Made by a program: the position numbers and the translations under genes. Positions 17,189 to 20,000 of a stretch of 20,000 nt of DNA are shown piece by piece. Where the stretch lies: positions 53,302-73,301 of the IMG/VR virus record IMGVR_UViG_3300030103_005513. One strand, 5' to 3'. The DNA comes from an uncultured virus (IMG/VR IMGVR_UViG_3300030103_005513). Its lineage: Duplodnaviria > Heunggongvirae > Uroviricota > Caudoviricetes. How positions within the stretch are numbered: position 1 is the stretch's first letter; each line of letters starts with the position of its first letter. The notes under the pieces are model-generated. The model was not told the DNA's origin. It saw only the letters and a program-made list of their open reading frames with translations, and did not search any database.

Positions 17189-18522
17189 GATAATAGTGTA
17201 CCAGATCTAAAGTATTCACGCAATGCTTGAATGTCAAGTTTAATACCAGACATGAACATTGGTTTTATAAGCACAGCAGATTTTGATATGACATGTCGTC
17301 TATCAAATTTGGATTGCACCTTATCTATATCTATACTGTCATCCCACATTGCAAGATAAATTTTATTATATAGAAAGTCAATCACCAATGTACCATTACC
17401 GACGTAAGATTGATACTCTTGCACTGGAACCTCAACATCATTTATTCTTATCAAATCATCTCTACCATGAAAGATATATCTATCTCCCTCTCTCGAAAAT
17501 TTGTCGCTTGTTTGTAAATCATCTACACATAACAAACCACCTTTGATTTCTAGCTTATAAAAATTGTCTATAGGATAAAATTTATTCGGTGCAAAGTTCT
17601 CATCATTCAAGGTGTTTATCATTACAGGACCTGATGTTTCACTCATACCATACAAACTTATAATGTTTTTTACTTTACCATTTCTCCACTCAGGTCTTAT
17701 GGCAGCAAGAGTGTATACATTCAAGTTAGGAAAATTTATATCACCATTTATAAACTGTTCAATGTCCTCTGTATATGGAAATTGAACATGGTCAATGTCA
17801 TCAAGGGATTGTGTGTGTCTACCTGATGCACGTATATCAGTTACATTATCAGACATGAGAGTTGGTAAAAAGAAAGTAGCAAAACTACTTCCATGCATAA
17901 ACTTTCTTGTGGTCACCACACTTCCATAAAACATGTACGAATTGCGTTTACCTAATCTACACATGAAGTCATGTGTATGTTGTATTTTTTTTGGTGACCC
18001 AGTGGTACCACTACTTGTACATAACATTAAGACACTATCAGGTGTAGCGTTTATAATATTATTTGGTTCAGTATCAACCCATTGATTTACCTCATCAATA
18101 TCAATATGAGTGTGTGCTATATCTGTATAAAATTTTTCCTCCGATCCTTTACCTGTATCATCATCTGATATTTCAATGATGGTTTTTTTATTGGCAGTGA
18201 CAATGTAATCGATTGGCATTACACATAGTGTCTTAGCATCAATCCATGTTCTATCTTTCTCATAATATAATCTCTTTGAATATGATGTGACAGATGCAAC
18301 AATAGTGATCATGCCAAGTTCACTACTAGCGATGAATAGTGCTGTTGCATCGTAACCTTTTAAGGCATTCATTATAGTATCACCCTTGCCTACATTATAT
18401 TTTTTTGTCAATAAATTTTTGTACCTATCTATTTGCACACATAAGTCATTATAATTATGAGTCTTATTAAAAATTATATTTTTATTTACAATCTCTCTTG
18501 ATATCACTAATGTATTTTTCAT
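17185..18522 (-). CDS. Divergent AMP-binding (ANL/acyl-CoA synthetase-like) enzyme
   Basis: TSSGTTGSPKKI (A3 P-loop), FMHG (A4-like), YGMSE (A5), TSD (A7-like), GRDDLIRIN (A8), SGIK (A10-like). Confidence 0.8.
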   Translation of the reverse strand: MKNTLVISREIVNKNIIFNKTHNYNDLCVQIDRYKNLLTKKYNVGKGDTIMNALKGYDATALFIASSELGMITIVASVTSYSKRLYYEKDRTWIDAKTLCVMPIDYIVTANKKTIIEISDDDTGKGSEEKFYTDIAHTHIDIDEVNQWVDTEPNNIINATPDSVLMLCTSSGTTGSPKKIQHTHDFMCRLGKRNSYMFYGSVVTTRKFMHGSSFATFFLPTLMSDNVTDIRASGRHTQSLDDIDHVQFPYTEDIEQFINGDINFPNLNVYTLAAIRPEWRNGKVKNIISLYGMSETSGPVMINTLNDENFAPNKFYPIDNFYKLEIKGGLLCVDDLQTSDKFSREGDRYIFHGRDDLIRINDVEVPVQEYQSYVGNGTLVIDFLYNKIYLAMWDDSIDIDKVQSKFDRRHVISKSAVLIKPMFMSGIKLDIQALREYFRSGTLLS

Positions 18523-18754
18523 AATCTGGGTTTGGATGATTGATAAGACGTTTGTGATATAATTCTATCACAGTTATTGCTGCTGTGCCCTCAAAAAATG
18601 CAGGCACGAGTCCATGAATTATACTTGCGACACCAGAGAATATCAATCTCATGCCTGCAAAAAAAGCAAAAACACAATGATTCCCATATGTCTCCTTGCT
18701 TTTTGCAAGATGTTTTTTACTTCTGTATAAAAGATTGTGCTGCTTGCCAATCAT
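18482..18754 (-). CDS. DUF6356-like small membrane protein; start uncertain (18754 or 18769)
   Basis: HL....ETY..H..FA...G..L...G....IH...P..F..TA pattern with a hydrophobic core. Confidence 0.7.
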   Translation of the reverse strand: MIGKQHNLLYRSKKHLAKSKETYGNHCVFAFFAGMRLIFSGVASIIHGLVPAFFEGTAAITVIELYHKRLINHPNPDYEKYISDIKRDCK

Positions 18755-19394
18755 TTTCAAAAATCTCAAGACCTCTGTCTGTTAGAACATGATTGTACAT
18801 CTTCTCAAATACACTTGGTGGCATTGTCACAATATCTGCTCCATGTGCAAAAGATTGTGAGACACTATTTACGTATCTGATTGATGCAGAAAGTATTCTT
18901 GTTCTATGTATGCACTGAACTCTAAACACATCATCAATATCTTTTATAAGATTCAAACCAGTAATAGAATTATCATCTAGTCTCCCAACAAAGGGTGACA
19001 CATATGCAGCACCTGCTTTTGATGCAAGAATCGCTTGTGCCACATCGAATATAAGGGTGACGTTTACACGTACAAGTTCTCTTGATAATTGTCTACATGC
19101 AATCAACCCATCAGGTGTGCATGGCACTTTGACTGTTGCACACTTACCAAACTTTGATGCTAATCTTCTTCCTTCAACGATCATGTTTGATGAGTCACCC
19201 ATAACCTCCATACTTATATCATTCAATCCAATATCCTTAAGTTCTGCATAAACTTCATCAGGATCTCTACCACTCTTGTAGATAAGGGATGGATTAGTTG
19301 TGACACCATCAATCAACCCTGTGGCAAAATGTTTTTTAATAATTTCAGTGTCAGCTGTATCAAGAAAGATACGCATATTATCTGATGACATCAT
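18717..19394 (-). CDS. talC: Phage transaldolase (TalC); alternative start at 19376 (MRIFLDTA)
   Basis: FLDTAD, GVTTNPSL, SMEV (Glu), VKVP (Schiff-base Lys), NVTLIF, YVSPFVGRLDD (Phe, transaldolase-type), SASIR. Confidence 0.96.
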   Translation of the reverse strand: MMSSDNMRIFLDTADTEIIKKHFATGLIDGVTTNPSLIYKSGRDPDEVYAELKDIGLNDISMEVMGDSSNMIVEGRRLASKFGKCATVKVPCTPDGLIACRQLSRELVRVNVTLIFDVAQAILASKAGAAYVSPFVGRLDDNSITGLNLIKDIDDVFRVQCIHRTRILSASIRYVNSVSQSFAHGADIVTMPPSVFEKMYNHVLTDRGLEIFENDWQAAQSFIQK

Positions 19395-19918
19395 AAAAGA
19401 AATTCAAAGTAATTCAAGTTTAGCACACACCTTACTTTAGTGTCAATCTGAGACACACCTCTATGCTTTATATTTGAGGGAAACTTGACATACCTATTCG
19501 CAACACTCATAATTTTTTCACCCGATTCAAACTCTGTATAACCATCATTAGTGTTGATATAGTATATTCCAGTAGTCATCGTACTACAATTCACATCACA
19601 ATGAAAATTACTATAAGATCTCTTTGTTTTGACTGGTTCGAGGTTTGCCTTGATTCTATGCAGTGCAACAAATGGAATCTTATTTACAAGTGGTAATAAA
19701 ATATCAATAGACTTTGATTGTTCATACACTACTTGACCAGTGCATGAATGAAAGGTGAAGAATACATGTACAAATTGATAATTATCAATACTATTTTCAG
19801 TTTGAGTTGACACCTTTGTATTATTATATTTCCAATCGATCCCACCATTCCCAATCATAAAATCATGAACTCGCTTGTGATCACTTGGATTTAAAAAGTT
19901 ATCAATTACTTCAATCAT
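19391..19918 (-). CDS. 2OG-Fe(II) oxygenase (small cyanophage type)
   Basis: IEVIDNFL, RIKANL, FHCD (HxD), IYYINTNDGYTEF, SVANR..F....HRG, R..LN.NY. Confidence 0.88.
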   Translation of the reverse strand: MIEVIDNFLNPSDHKRVHDFMIGNGGIDWKYNNTKVSTQTENSIDNYQFVHVFFTFHSCTGQVVYEQSKSIDILLPLVNKIPFVALHRIKANLEPVKTKRSYSNFHCDVNCSTMTTGIYYINTNDGYTEFESGEKIMSVANRYVKFPSNIKHRGVSQIDTKVRCVLNLNYFEFLL

Positions 19919-19924
19919 TCAAAT

Positions 19925-19932
19925 ACTAAATA
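19925..19932 (+). promoter_or_regulatory. Possible late-type promoter (ACTAAATA) for the divergent gene
   Basis: Variant of TATAAATA about 30 nt upstream of ATG 19961, in the only intergenic gap at this end. Confidence 0.4.
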
Positions 19933-19960
19933 GGCTAGCATACTATAGGATAAAAGACCT

Positions 19961-20000
19961 ATGAAAAGACTTCTTTTTGTCTTTACTTTATTATCTATAG
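19961..20000 (+). CDS. Start of a divergent gene with a signal-peptide-like N-terminus (truncated by the window)
   Basis: MKRLLFVFTLLSI; AGGA at 19947-19950; open to the window edge. Only 13 codons are visible. Confidence 0.5.
   Translation, partial: MKRLLFVFTLLSI

Noticed and set aside
1252..19251. Other short plus-strand ORFs in the track (60-104 aa)
   Set aside because: All lie antisense to well-supported minus-strand genes and have shadow-ORF composition without motifs.
19965..19984. AAAGAC/GTCTTT inverted repeat as a terminator
   Set aside because: Weak 6-bp AT-rich stem inside the likely start of a coding sequence at a divergent junction.
1..20000. Cyanobacterial chromosomal LPS island interpretation
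   Set aside because: Short TalC-type transaldolase, T4 late box before psbA, multiple small phage-type 2OG oxygenases and absence of export genes fit a cyanomyovirus better, although no virion gene is in the window.
1..20000. tRNA, CRISPR array, intron, homing endonuclease or transposase
   Set aside because: None seen; the window is almost entirely coding with no spaced repeats or nuclease motifs. The search was by eye only.

Overview
AT-rich, gene-dense segment that reads as a T4-like marine cyanophage (cyanomyovirus) genome, probably Prochlorococcus-type (inferred from the low GC and the D1 N-terminus). About 19.6 kb is one minus-strand, translationally coupled run. In transcription order (right to left): 2OG-Fe(II) oxygenase, talC, DUF6356-like protein, divergent adenylate-forming (ANL) enzyme, ManC-type cupin, RmlB, SDR, RfbH/E1-type 3-dehydrase, GDP-mannose 3,5-epimerase-like enzyme, then glycosyltransferases (two GT11-type, GT47-like, DUF5672, GT10, GT2, GT2/GT7-like, GT25) interspersed with an FkbM methyltransferase and two more 2OG oxygenases, two double-domain DUF616-like proteins and an SGNH-like protein. 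The run ends at the 5' end of psbA, which the ORF track misses. psbA has overlapping sigma70-type and T4-late promoters inside the last codons of the upstream gene, and a pseudoknot-capable leader (PhotoRC-II-like). Most notable: four DUF616-like domains built by nested duplication, a phage ANL/DUF6356 pair, a possible 3,6-dideoxyhexose/L-galactose glycan pathway lacking a local E3 reductase, an apparently inserted oxygenase, and high-GC intragenic patches. All family calls come from motif recognition by eye, not from database searches.
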